Assembly (NCBI GenBank): GCA_040881805.1
Contig: JBBECL010000014.1
Location: 2,805 to 44,445 of the forward strand
Source: Terrimicrobiaceae bacterium
Lineage (GTDB): Bacteria; Verrucomicrobiota; Verrucomicrobiia; Chthoniobacterales; Terrimicrobiaceae
Reading direction: 5' to 3'
Length of the DNA stretch: 41,641 bases
Part shown: one piece after another, positions 1 through 9,237 of the stretch
Layout of the letters: every line of letters begins with the position of its first letter
How positions within the stretch are numbered: the first letter of the stretch is position 1
Translations under genes and position numbers: made by a program
Notes under the pieces: generated by a model
The model's input: the letters and a program-made list of their open reading frames with translations, nothing else
The model's database searches: none
What the model was told of the DNA's origin: nothing

Positions 1-38
1 CTGCTGCCCAGAAAGAAAGTGCGGATGGCAACTTCATC

Positions 39-905
39 GTGAGCGCCGAGCCGCCTCCGCCTCCGCAGCCGCCTCCGCAGCCGCCTCCGCAGCCGCCTCC
101 GCCTCCCGCGGCGTCTTCCCCCGAAGGACGCGTCATCCGACAAATGGCCAGATTCGTGGGTGCAGCCATTCTGGTCCTCGTTGCCGCTTTGGAATTTGCG
201 AAACATCCCAAGCGCAAAAAGGCCGTTTTGTTCGCCCTCGCCGTCCTCGTTTTTTCTTTTGTGGGCTTCGGAGTCGCCCTTTATGTTTCCCTACCGGAAT
301 CCACAACCGCGCTGGAGGATTTGAACGACCCCACCATTCCTCAAGGGGTCGTCACAAAAAGGTTGATGGAGGAAGCGGCCGCACTCATGGGACAAAAAAA
401 CTACAAGGAGGCCGAAATCTATGTGAACGAACTTTTTAAGCTCCAGCCGGAAAATGCCTCCATTCACACACTTTCCGGAGCCTTGAAATCCCTGCAGAAC
501 GATCATGAGGGTGCACGGGCGGAGTATCAAAAGGCTCTTCAACTGAACCCGAAAAGTTTCAGCGCCGCATTCAACCTTGCCGAAGTGGAATTTGTCACAG
601 CCAACTATCAGGGTGCTCTGGAACAATTTCAAAGTTTGCTGAGAGCCCGACCGCGAGACGAGGTTCTGCTGTTCCGCGTTTACATCTGTGCGTTGATGCA
701 AAACGAATCGATCCTTGCCGCGGAAACCTTGGAGAAATTTCCATCGATGGGGAAAACACCCGCGCGACAATACGCCGAAGCGGTCCGTCTTTACTCGGAA
801 AAACGAGCCGGGGAAGCCCGCCGGTTGGTGGACTCGGCAAGGGTCCTGTATCCGGAAAAAACCAAATTTTTTGATTCCTCCCTCAACCTTTTGGGATACC
901 GGTAA
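39..905 (+). CDS. TPR-repeat protein with N-terminal proline-rich tract and one TM helix (possibly 5'-partial)
   Basis: GTG start at 39, but the same frame is open back to the window edge with no stop. PPPQ repeats, then hydrophobic segment AAILVLVAALEF...LFALAVLVFSFVGFGVALYV, then TPR-like helices (KNYKEAEIYVNELFKLQP, ARAEYQKALQLNP). Confidence 0.6.
   Translation: MSAEPPPPPQPPPQPPPQPPPPPAASSPEGRVIRQMARFVGAAILVLVAALEFAKHPKRKKAVLFALAVLVFSFVGFGVALYVSLPESTTALEDLNDPTIPQGVVTKRLMEEAAALMGQKNYKEAEIYVNELFKLQPENASIHTLSGALKSLQNDHEGARAEYQKALQLNPKSFSAAFNLAEVEFVTANYQGALEQFQSLLRARPRDEVLLFRVYICALMQNESILAAETLEKFPSMGKTPARQYAEAVRLYSEKRAGEARRLVDSARVLYPEKTKFFDSSLNLLGYR
51..107 (+). repeat. In-frame tandem repeat, 12-bp unit CCGCCTCCGCAG (about 4 units plus CCGCCT half units) encoding (PPPQ)n
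   Basis: Read directly: units at 57-68, 69-80 and 81-92 are identical; 93-104 is a variant (CCGCCTCCGCCT). Confidence 0.9.
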
Positions 906-1680
906 CCCTGCTTTGGGCCCGGGCCTGCTGAAGGGACGTCACCGAGGGAAATCCACAGCGAAGGGCGGTCTCCTTGAGAGTGACCGCACCTGCCAACAAC
1001 AATCGCGACGCATGACGCCAGCGAATGGCCCGCAGGTGGGTCGCCGGCCCAGTCCCCACGGCTTGCGAAAACAGCCGGGTGAAATGCTCCCGCGTCATCC
1101 CGCATTCCGAGGCAAGGCCTTTGATCGACAAAGGCTCGTGATATCGATTTTCCATGATGCGCAGGGCAACCGCCACGGGGTCGTCTTCCGCATCGGAACG
1201 CCGGCCCAGTTCATCGAACCATGTGGCAAGAAATCGATAACATTCGGTGGCATGAAGAATCGGTGATTGGGGGGAAGCCCGGCGAGTGATCAACTGCGTG
1301 TACAATCGCCCGGCTGGCGACGTTGCGCCCAATGGCAGAACCGGCCCGTGGGCCTCCCTGGCTGTTCTGGCCAGTGCCATGGCCGGCGAACCATAGAAGT
1401 TGAGCCAGGAGAAAATCCAGGGGTTCTGGGGCTTGCCCTCAAAGGCGTAGCCACTGGCCTCGGGAACCAGCGCCACAAACGCGTGACCGGGCTCCACATC
1501 GTAGGAGCGCCCCCTCCAAAAAAATGATCCCTGCCCGGAATGGGTTCTTTGAATAATCACAAAAGAGGTGTCGCCTCTCTGGAGGTTGTCCCACCGATAA
1601 GATTGGGAGCTGACCCTTTCCTCCCCCTCTTTAAAGGGCATTGATATGAGGTATTCCTCCATAAGTTTTTCTACCCCCAA
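883..1680 (-). CDS. AraC family transcriptional regulator (cupin-like N-domain plus C-terminal HTH)
   Basis: C-terminal AraC HTH signature IKGLASECGMTREHFTRLFSQAVGTGPATHLRAIRWRHASRLLL...ALRCGFPSVTSLQQA. Divergent from the GH4 gene. Confidence 0.85.
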   Translation of the reverse strand: MGVEKLMEEYLISMPFKEGEERVSSQSYRWDNLQRGDTSFVIIQRTHSGQGSFFWRGRSYDVEPGHAFVALVPEASGYAFEGKPQNPWIFSWLNFYGSPAMALARTAREAHGPVLPLGATSPAGRLYTQLITRRASPQSPILHATECYRFLATWFDELGRRSDAEDDPVAVALRIMENRYHEPLSIKGLASECGMTREHFTRLFSQAVGTGPATHLRAIRWRHASRLLLAGAVTLKETALRCGFPSVTSLQQARAQSRVTGIPKG

Positions 1681-1752
1681 TCACATATCACATAATCACC
1701 TATCGCAATCACACTTTCTGACTTTCCGTCGAACCACGATCCATGAAGAATA

Positions 1753-3192
1753 ATGACCATGAAACGTAAGACCCGCACCCCCAAACCCATCGGCCATCAG
1801 GCCCACATGAAAGACTCGTCCACCATCGGCCTCGCCGGGAATTTTCAAAGACCCATCAAAATCACGTTGCTTGGGGCGGGGAGCATGTTCACTCCCCGGC
1901 TTTTGAATGACGTCCTCCTGATCCGTGGTGCGGCGGGAGGCGAAATTGCTCTGGTGGACATTGACACCCATCGCCTGAAAATGATGAAGCGGCTGATCGA
2001 CAAATTGGTGGCCCATCACGGAGCGCGAGGCTGGAAGGTCACCGCATCCCCCAACCGCCGCACCGTCCTCAAAGGCACCGATTATTTGATCAATTGCATC
2101 GAAGTGAGCGGCCTGGGGTGTGTGCGTCATGACAATGACATTCCCGCCCGTTACGGCATCGATCAGTGCATCGGAGACACCATCGGCCCCGGCGGCCTCT
2201 TCAAAGCGCTGCGCACCATTCCGGTTTGGCTGGAAATTTTAAAAGACGCCGAGCGGTTGGCACCAGAGGCCATCGTCCTCAACTACACCAACCCGATGTC
2301 CATGTTGTGCCTTGCCGCGGGGCGCATGTCCTCGATGCAAGTGGTGGGGTTGTGTCATTCCGTTCAGGGCACCGGGGAGTTGATGGCAGGACGGACGGGG
2401 ATTCCGCTTCGTGAGATCACCTGGGAATGTGCCGGCATCAACCACCTGGCTTGGTTCACAAAATTCGAACACAACGGTCGGGACCTGTATCCGGTGCTGA
2501 TGAAAAAAGCCCGCGAGGATCTGGCTGGCAAACCCTCCAATCCCGAAGATGCCAAAGATTTGGTGAGAAAAGATATGATGCTCCACTTCGGGGCCTTCAT
2601 CACAGAGTCCAGTGGTCACCTCTCCGAATATTTGCCCTATTACCGGAAGCGCAAGGACCTCATCGAAAAATATAGTCGCGATGGCTACCATGGCGGCTCC
2701 AGCTTTTATGCCGACAACTGGCCCCGGTGGCGCAAGGCGGCCGACGCCTCCCGTTCGGCGATGCTGTCGGGCAAAGAGCCTTTTGTGTGGAGCCGCAGTT
2801 GGGAATACGCCAGCTGGATCCTTGAGGCCCGCGAAAAAGACGCCCCGTTCCGCATCCACGGCAATGTGATGAATGCAAAGTCCGGAGGAGGCCCCTTGAT
2901 TTCGAACCTCCCCACCAATGGCTGCGTCGAAGTGGCGTGCATGGTGGATCGCGCGGGGATCCATCCCACGCAATTCGGGGCGCTTCCCGCCCAAATGGCC
3001 GCAGTCTCGGCATCCAACATGCCACTCTTTGATCTCGGTGCCACCTCGGCCATCGAGCGCAGCAAAGACGCCGCGATTCATGCGCTCATGCTTGATCCTT
3101 TGACGGCAGCCATCTGCTCGCCGGCGGAAATCAAAAAAATGACATTGGAGATGTTTGCCGCGGAAAAGGATTTTCTTCCGGCATATCGCTGA
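1753..3192 (+). CDS. melA: Alpha-galactosidase, glycoside hydrolase family 4 (NAD/Mn-dependent)
   Basis: KITLLGAGSMFTP Rossmann N-terminus, VVGLCHSVQGT, CAGINHLAWF, FITESSGHLSEYLPYY and GCVEVACMVDRAGIHP closely track my recollection of E. coli MelA. Confidence 0.9.
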   Translation: MTMKRKTRTPKPIGHQAHMKDSSTIGLAGNFQRPIKITLLGAGSMFTPRLLNDVLLIRGAAGGEIALVDIDTHRLKMMKRLIDKLVAHHGARGWKVTASPNRRTVLKGTDYLINCIEVSGLGCVRHDNDIPARYGIDQCIGDTIGPGGLFKALRTIPVWLEILKDAERLAPEAIVLNYTNPMSMLCLAAGRMSSMQVVGLCHSVQGTGELMAGRTGIPLREITWECAGINHLAWFTKFEHNGRDLYPVLMKKAREDLAGKPSNPEDAKDLVRKDMMLHFGAFITESSGHLSEYLPYYRKRKDLIEKYSRDGYHGGSSFYADNWPRWRKAADASRSAMLSGKEPFVWSRSWEYASWILEAREKDAPFRIHGNVMNAKSGGGPLISNLPTNGCVEVACMVDRAGIHPTQFGALPAQMAAVSASNMPLFDLGATSAIERSKDAAIHALMLDPLTAAICSPAEIKKMTLEMFAAEKDFLPAYR

Positions 3193-3235
3193 GATTTTTA
3201 CTTTCACACACGGGCGACCTGTTCCATGTTTGTCC

Positions 3236-4783
3236 GTGCGTTCGCTCACTTCCTTTCTTATTTTTTGTGGTGTGTTCTTTTCCCAGGCGGGTTGGGGCCG
3301 GGAGTTCACGGTGGCGACTTACAATGTGGAAAACCTCTTTGATGCGGATGGGGTCGCTGTTTATGAGGACTACCAACCATCAACCTACACGCCGACCCAC
3401 CTCGCGGTGAAGTTGGAGAACATCACAAAGATCCTCTCCCGGGTGAACGATGGTCAGGGGCCGGATCTTGTGGTTTTCAACGAAATTGAATTGGATCAGA
3501 CGCCGGATTCCTCGGTGGAAGATTATCGGGCGTGGCTCGCAACGGTGGAGGAAAAAACGGTCCCGGAGTTGCTCGCAGCCGACCCTTTGCCAGAGGCCCT
3601 GGCAGGAATTCCTTCCGAAGCCTGGCTGCTCAAAGCCTGTGAGGATGCCGGATTGAAGGGTTACCATGTGGCCATCACCGATGAAAAACCGGGGGCTTAC
3701 AACGATGGGCGCGGGATCGCGATCCGCAATGTGATTTTTTCCAAGTTTCCCATCACTTCCGTCTTGAGTCATTCCACACCCGCCGCCCGCGCCATCCTTG
3801 AGGTCACGGTCGATGTGGACGGTCACCCCCTCACTGTCCTGGGAAACCACTGGAAATCCGGGGCGGGAGATCTCGAAAGCGAAAAGCAGCGTCATGAAAA
3901 CGCCAAAGCCGTTCGCAAGCGGCTTGATGAAATTTTTGCTTTGGATGCCTATGCCGATGTGATCGTGACCGGCGATTTGAACTCGCACTACAATCAGAAC
4001 CGGCGCTACCGCGAGATGAGGAAAACGGCGATCAACGATATTCTGGGAGCCCAGGGGAATGAATTGGCGCTCCGGCAAGTGAACGGGCCGGACCTTTACA
4101 ACCTGTGGTTCGAACTGCCTTCGAATCAGCGTGGCAGCGACATCTATCAGAACGAATGGGGAACCTTGATGCACCTCGTCCTCTCCAAAGGACTCTATGA
4201 TTTGCAAGGGGTGCAATATGTGGACAACAGCTTCGCGGTGTTGAAAATTCCGGGGCTCAATGCCGATATCTTCGGAAGACCAATCCGCTGGTCCCGGGGA
4301 TCAACGCCCGGGGGATTCTCCGATCACTTTCCCCTTCTGGCCAGATTTCGTGTGGCTGGGGAAAATGACAACTCCCGGTGGATTGGCCTCACCAAGCCGG
4401 GGGTCATGGAGACCGGCTCCGCCAAGCCGATTCCCGTGGATTATTCCGTGGTGGATCTTTTTGCAACGGCCCTCACCTTCGACAAGCTTCCCCCGGGCTC
4501 AAACGCCCGCGATGGCAGCTTCAATGGCCGGGTGTTTTTTGTGGATGCCCCGGCCACCATTGACGACAGGAAGGTGGTGCGCGTCACTGTCGGGGGAGAA
4601 GAATACGAGCTCTTCACACACAACCAGGACCTCCGTGCCAGGATCCGGGAAACAGCCCAATCAAAGCAACACATCGCCTTCTACGGCGAGTTGGGGGTTT
4701 ATCGCGGTCGGTGGCAATTTGTTTTGCATGGAAAAGAGTGGTTGCCGTCCTCACAGGCCGGCACCCCGCAGCAAAAGCCGTAA
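3236..4783 (+). CDS. Secreted endonuclease/exonuclease/phosphatase (EEP) family nuclease with C-terminal OB-like domain
   Basis: EEP N-terminal motif FTVATYNVENLFD, later VVFNEIE, LGNHWKS, VTGDLNS, SDHFPL. Signal-like MRSLTSFLIFCGVFFSQAGWG from in-frame GTG 3236. The track's longest ORF starts at TTG 3155, preceded by GGAG; start is uncertain. Confidence 0.8.
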   Translation: MRSLTSFLIFCGVFFSQAGWGREFTVATYNVENLFDADGVAVYEDYQPSTYTPTHLAVKLENITKILSRVNDGQGPDLVVFNEIELDQTPDSSVEDYRAWLATVEEKTVPELLAADPLPEALAGIPSEAWLLKACEDAGLKGYHVAITDEKPGAYNDGRGIAIRNVIFSKFPITSVLSHSTPAARAILEVTVDVDGHPLTVLGNHWKSGAGDLESEKQRHENAKAVRKRLDEIFALDAYADVIVTGDLNSHYNQNRRYREMRKTAINDILGAQGNELALRQVNGPDLYNLWFELPSNQRGSDIYQNEWGTLMHLVLSKGLYDLQGVQYVDNSFAVLKIPGLNADIFGRPIRWSRGSTPGGFSDHFPLLARFRVAGENDNSRWIGLTKPGVMETGSAKPIPVDYSVVDLFATALTFDKLPPGSNARDGSFNGRVFFVDAPATIDDRKVVRVTVGGEEYELFTHNQDLRARIRETAQSKQHIAFYGELGVYRGRWQFVLHGKEWLPSSQAGTPQQKP

Positions 4784-4785
4784 AC

Positions 4786-6912
4786 ATGTTTTTTCCGTCC
4801 CGCAGGGCAATCCGTCTTTTTGTTTTTGTTGTGGCAGCGGGCCTCGTCTCCAGAAGTCAGGCCGCAGATGGTGCCCCTGATGGAAAAGGGCTTGAGGCTT
4901 TCACTGGTTCCCACACGCGGGTGGTGTGGGTCATCGATGAAAACAACAAGGACACCTTTGCGGCAACGAACCACCTGAAGTTGATGGGATTTGATTCCCG
5001 GGATGGCCTGGGTGAACGGGAAATTTTCAAAGAAGCCTCCAATTATTTCACGCCACTGCTCACACCGGATGGCCGGCAAATCGTATTTACCAACAAGCCG
5101 GACAACAAAATTTATGTCGTGAACTGGGATGGTTCCGATTTGAAATTTCTGAGGGGGGGGGCGGCGGCGGATGTGTGGATAAATCCCCGGGATGGCAGGG
5201 TCTGGGTTTATGCCCAGCTGCAAAGCGGAAACCCGGGGGCAGCGGTGATCCGTTTTTTGTTGGAAGATCCCTCGGTGGAGGAAACGGTCTGGAGTTCCAG
5301 TCCGGTGCAAGCCCTCTCGGTGGGGGGCTTTCAGGTGTCAAGGGACGGTTTGAGGGCTGCCTCCACCTTCCCGTGGCCGAATTCCGGCGTGGCTGAGCTG
5401 CCGGATGTGGCCTGGCGCAAAGCCCGGGATGGTTGCTGGCCCTCGATGGCCCCCGATAATAGCTACATGGCATGGACATTTGATGGCCCGCACAAAAATC
5501 TGTTTTTGGTCAAACCCGGGGAGGAGCCCACCAAGATCCCGATTTCAGTGGCACCCGGCGTCGGATACAAGGAGGTTTACCATCCACGGTGGTCCAATGA
5601 CGTCCGGTTTTTTGTTATGACTGGTCCCTACCACAAAAGCCTTTGGAAGGGTGGCGATGGTGTGGAAATCTATCTTGGCAAATTTGATGAGAACTTCACC
5701 TCGGTGGAGTCTTGGTTCCAACTCACCCACACCCAGCGCGGGGACTTTTTCCCGGATGTTTGGATTGCGGATGGGGAGAAAATCTCCTCGAAGTTTGAGC
5801 GGCTGCAGGAGCGGACGGCACAGGGCGTGTCCACTCCGCCCTCCTCTTGGTGGAATCCGGTTTCCTGGTTCAGGAAAGCCCCGGACTACAACGACACTTG
5901 GCCGGTGTCCTCGAAGGGCCTTGTCTTTTTTTGGGAGGACAACAAAAGTTCGAACACCTTCAAGAATGTGGATGGCAAAACACGCACGGCCCAACTCTCA
6001 GCCCGAGGGGGAGTGCGATGGGGGCCCGATGGGGAAATGCACATCGTGGAGGGGGCCTTCCTTCCTGATGAACCGTTTGCGGATGAAATTCGTCAAGCCT
6101 GCATGGAGACTGATGAACTCACCATCGAAGCCGTCGTGAGCCCTGCCTACGATTTGCAGGGAGGTCCGGCACGGATCATCAGTTTTTCGCAAGGAATCAA
6201 ACGCAGAAATTTTACCCTGGGACAGGAGGGCAACCAACTGGTTCTCCGCCTCCAAACCTCGGAAACCAATAGAAATGGTTTGGATTTTAACCTGGCTCCG
6301 ATCCAGGCCAACAAACCTCACCATGTGATCGTTTCCTACAAACCCGGCAACCTTGTTTGTTATGTGGATGGAAAAATTGTCAGCGAATCGGCCTTCGAAT
6401 CCGGGACATTCCAATCATGGAAAGACTATGAACTGATCTTCGGGAAGGAACATGGGAGCATCCGCCACTGGGACGGTTTTCTCCGCAATGTCGCCATTTA
6501 CAACCGGCGTGTGGGTCACGAAGAGGCCTTGCTGAAATATGACAGCTTGAAGGACAAGCTCAAGGCGAGGGAGCAAATCCCAACCACGAAGGTCCGCGTC
6601 AAAATGTTAACGCGGGAGGACCCACCACCGGCGGAGGCCATCGCGCCCTACCGCCGCGCGCTGGTGATCAATCGTTACGAAGTGTTGGAAACTTCCGATC
6701 CGGCTCTGACAGGACAATCGATTCAGATCGCCGAGTGGGCCATGTTGGATGCCCGGGTGCCGGATTCTTATCAAACCACCCAACCGGGGATGAAGAGAGC
6801 TCTGGAGATTCAGCTCTATGACAACCATCCGCAGCTGGAAAGCGAACGGCTTTTGGGAGAGGCGGCATCATTTGATGATCCGCTTTTTTACGATGTGAAC
6901 TCCGGCCGATAG
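4786..6912 (+). CDS. Secreted PD40/TolB-like beta-propeller plus LamG (concanavalin A-like lectin) domain protein
   Basis: ATG 4786 gives signal peptide MFFPSRRAIRLFVFVVAAGLVSRSQA. PD40-like repeats (TPDGRQIVFTN...IYVVNWDGSD). LamG-like block ELTIEAVV...NFTLGQEGNQLVLRL...HHVIVSYKPGNLVCYVDGK...WDGFLRNVAIYNRRV. Confidence 0.7.
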   Translation: MFFPSRRAIRLFVFVVAAGLVSRSQAADGAPDGKGLEAFTGSHTRVVWVIDENNKDTFAATNHLKLMGFDSRDGLGEREIFKEASNYFTPLLTPDGRQIVFTNKPDNKIYVVNWDGSDLKFLRGGAAADVWINPRDGRVWVYAQLQSGNPGAAVIRFLLEDPSVEETVWSSSPVQALSVGGFQVSRDGLRAASTFPWPNSGVAELPDVAWRKARDGCWPSMAPDNSYMAWTFDGPHKNLFLVKPGEEPTKIPISVAPGVGYKEVYHPRWSNDVRFFVMTGPYHKSLWKGGDGVEIYLGKFDENFTSVESWFQLTHTQRGDFFPDVWIADGEKISSKFERLQERTAQGVSTPPSSWWNPVSWFRKAPDYNDTWPVSSKGLVFFWEDNKSSNTFKNVDGKTRTAQLSARGGVRWGPDGEMHIVEGAFLPDEPFADEIRQACMETDELTIEAVVSPAYDLQGGPARIISFSQGIKRRNFTLGQEGNQLVLRLQTSETNRNGLDFNLAPIQANKPHHVIVSYKPGNLVCYVDGKIVSESAFESGTFQSWKDYELIFGKEHGSIRHWDGFLRNVAIYNRRVGHEEALLKYDSLKDKLKAREQIPTTKVRVKMLTREDPPPAEAIAPYRRALVINRYEVLETSDPALTGQSIQIAEWAMLDARVPDSYQTTQPGMKRALEIQLYDNHPQLESERLLGEAASFDDPLFYDVNSGR

Positions 6913-6936
6913 GTCATCGGGCGATTCCATTCCAAG

Positions 6937-8226
6937 TCAGGAGAGTGGCAGGTGCTGGGCCAAGGCCGACTTTCCCGCGAAACTCGCCTTTGATCCGAGG
7001 TGTCTGCCAATACGAAGGATTTCATTCCATTTGGCCATGCGCTCGCTGCGGCAAAATGACCCAACTTTGAGTTGGCCGGCGTTGGTGGCCACCGCCAAGT
7101 GGGAAATAAACGTGTCCTCGGTTTCGCCGGAACGCGCGGAGACCACAGGAGCCCACCCGGCAGCTTGCGTGAGCCGGATGGCATCCATGGTTTCGGTGAC
7201 CGTGCCAATTTGATTCAGCTTGATCAGAACGGCATTGGCAACGTTTCTCCGAATGCCTTCGGTGATGCGTTCGGCATTGGTTGTGAAAAGGTCGTCTCCG
7301 ATGAGTTGGACATGCTTTCCTATCGCCGCATGAACACGCTCCCATCCCTCCCAATCGGAATCTGCCATCGGGTCCTCGATAGAGACCACCGCGTATTTCT
7401 CGCACCATCCGGCCATCAGGTCTGAAAATTGCGATGACGTGAATTGTCGGTTCTCCAATCCGAAGCGATACCGCCGGGTGGCACTGTCATAGAGATCACT
7501 GGCGGCCACATCCAGGGAGAGGGAAGCCTCCACCCCCGGCGTGAAACCCACCCGGCGCAGGGCTTCATGCAAAGTTTCGAGGGCCTCTTCATTGGTCGAG
7601 AACTCGGGCCAAAATCCTCCCTCATCCGCTGCTCCCACGTTATGCCCCCGTGCGCGCATGATCTCTCCCGCCGCATGAAACACATGAAAAGTGATCTCCA
7701 GTGTCTCTTCATACGTTTTGGCACCGGTGGCAATGACAAGAAAATCCTGCACATCCGTGCGCCAGTTGGCATGTGCACCTCCCCCAAAAATTTGGATTTC
7801 CGGCAGAGGCAAAACTGTTCCCTCACCCAGGGAGGCGTAAAGCGGAATCCCCTTGTCATTGGCAGCGGCTTTCGCCGCAGCCATGGAGACACCAAGGATG
7901 GCATTCGCCCCGAGACGGGCCTTGTTGGGGCTGCCATCCGCCGCAATCAAGGCGTCATCGAGTCCATGCTGATCGTGGACATCGAGCCCTTTGACAACGT
8001 TGGCAATCTCTGTGCGGATATTTTCCATGGCTTTCCTCACGGATTTCCCGCGAAAGCAGTCGGGGTCACCATCCCGCAGCTCCCAAGCTTCAAACTGACC
8101 CGTGGATGCCCCGCTTGGCACAAGGCCATGACCGGTGATGCCATTTTCCAATGTGACCACGGCCTCCACGGTCGGGTTGCCGCGGGAGTCAAAGATTTGA
8201 AAAGCATCAATCTGGGAAATTTTCAT
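6937..8226 (-). CDS. eno: Enolase (phosphopyruvate hydratase)
   Basis: MKISQIDAFQIFDSRGNPTVEAVV...PSGASTGQFEAWELRDGD, IKLNQIGTVTET, SARSGETEDTFISHLAV. Confidence 0.97.
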   Translation of the reverse strand: MKISQIDAFQIFDSRGNPTVEAVVTLENGITGHGLVPSGASTGQFEAWELRDGDPDCFRGKSVRKAMENIRTEIANVVKGLDVHDQHGLDDALIAADGSPNKARLGANAILGVSMAAAKAAANDKGIPLYASLGEGTVLPLPEIQIFGGGAHANWRTDVQDFLVIATGAKTYEETLEITFHVFHAAGEIMRARGHNVGAADEGGFWPEFSTNEEALETLHEALRRVGFTPGVEASLSLDVAASDLYDSATRRYRFGLENRQFTSSQFSDLMAGWCEKYAVVSIEDPMADSDWEGWERVHAAIGKHVQLIGDDLFTTNAERITEGIRRNVANAVLIKLNQIGTVTETMDAIRLTQAAGWAPVVSARSGETEDTFISHLAVATNAGQLKVGSFCRSERMAKWNEILRIGRHLGSKASFAGKSALAQHLPLS

Positions 8227-8235
8227 GGGGTGGGA

Positions 8236-9237
8236 TTATGAGGGATTCACACTTCCAAACCACTCCTGAGAAATAGCCTGAAGCAAAAGATTTTTGCCCA
8301 AGCGGTGAGTCACAAACTCGCGAATGTAGGCCTGCTTTTCCGGCTGATTGCTGAGATATTCCACCGGAGATTTTCCATCCACCCGGGCCAGCATCAACAC
8401 CAGGAGCAAGCGGGCGGTGCGAAGATTCAAATCCCGGGGAGCCTCCCCATCGCTGGTGGCGAAATAAGCGTCTGTCGCCCCTTGCACGAGTGCAGCCATG
8501 CCAATGTCTTTGGGAGAATGGTGCAGGGCTTTGAGATGAAGGTGATTCAGAAGGAATGCCAAATCGAAGGCGGGCTCGCCAAACCAGGCGGTTTCGCAAT
8601 CGAGAACCACAAAGCGGTCTTTGGATACAAGCATATTTTTGGGACTGAAGTCACCATGCACAAGGCACTCGGACGAGCGGGACAACCGTTGCGCCTCCTC
8701 CTCGATTTGGTTCGCAAGCTTCGGATGTTTGAGAGCCGTGGCCCGCAGGTAGGCATCGATCCGGAGTTGGGTGAAGAAGCGCAGGCTGTCGAATTCGGAT
8801 CGAACCGTGGCATCATTGCGGGTGCTGTTATGAATTTTGGCCAGGGCCGTGGCCGCACGCTCTGCCACCACGGGATCCGCAGAACCATCCAACATGTCCT
8901 GCTTCCAGTTCGTAAATCCCTCCCCAAGAAACTCCATCGCAATATAACCTCCGGAGATATCTGGGTTAAGCACCGCCGGCACCACTCCCGGTACCAGCCT
9001 CGAAACGGTCTGAAGATAGCGGAACTCGTAAATCAATCGCGCCGGGTCCGCATACCAATCCGCAGCCACCCTCAGCTTCGCCACCGAACGCTTCACCACA
9101 AAGGATTTCCCGCCATCATCCACCCGCCACACATCACTCGAAACCCCCCCGCCAAACGGCGTCATCCGGGCGTCCTCTGACCGCACCAATCCCTCCGCCC
9201 TCAGGCTTTGGAGAATCGCCAGTTCGTCGGGATTCAT
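8236..9237 (-). CDS. Aminoglycoside-phosphotransferase-fold (APH/MtnK-like) kinase family protein
   Basis: N-lobe FGGGVSSDVWRV...SFVVKRS; catalytic loop LVHGDFSPKNMLV; VLDCETAWFGEPAFDLAFLLNHL. The ATG overlaps the serpin stop (ATGA at 9234-9237). Confidence 0.75.
   Translation of the reverse strand: MNPDELAILQSLRAEGLVRSEDARMTPFGGGVSSDVWRVDDGGKSFVVKRSVAKLRVAADWYADPARLIYEFRYLQTVSRLVPGVVPAVLNPDISGGYIAMEFLGEGFTNWKQDMLDGSADPVVAERAATALAKIHNSTRNDATVRSEFDSLRFFTQLRIDAYLRATALKHPKLANQIEEEAQRLSRSSECLVHGDFSPKNMLVSKDRFVVLDCETAWFGEPAFDLAFLLNHLHLKALHHSPKDIGMAALVQGATDAYFATSDGEAPRDLNLRTARLLLVLMLARVDGKSPVEYLSNQPEKQAYIREFVTHRLGKNLLLQAISQEWFGSVNPS

Noticed and set aside
2239-3309. 356-aa minus-strand ORF. Similar shadow ORFs occur at 12293-13213, 17300-18319, 21714-22679, 22932-23870 and 37518-38441.
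   Set aside because: Each lies opposite a gene with strong family signatures (melA, trkH, SBP, EpsI, exosortase, cyclase-TPR) and shows low-complexity basic composition.
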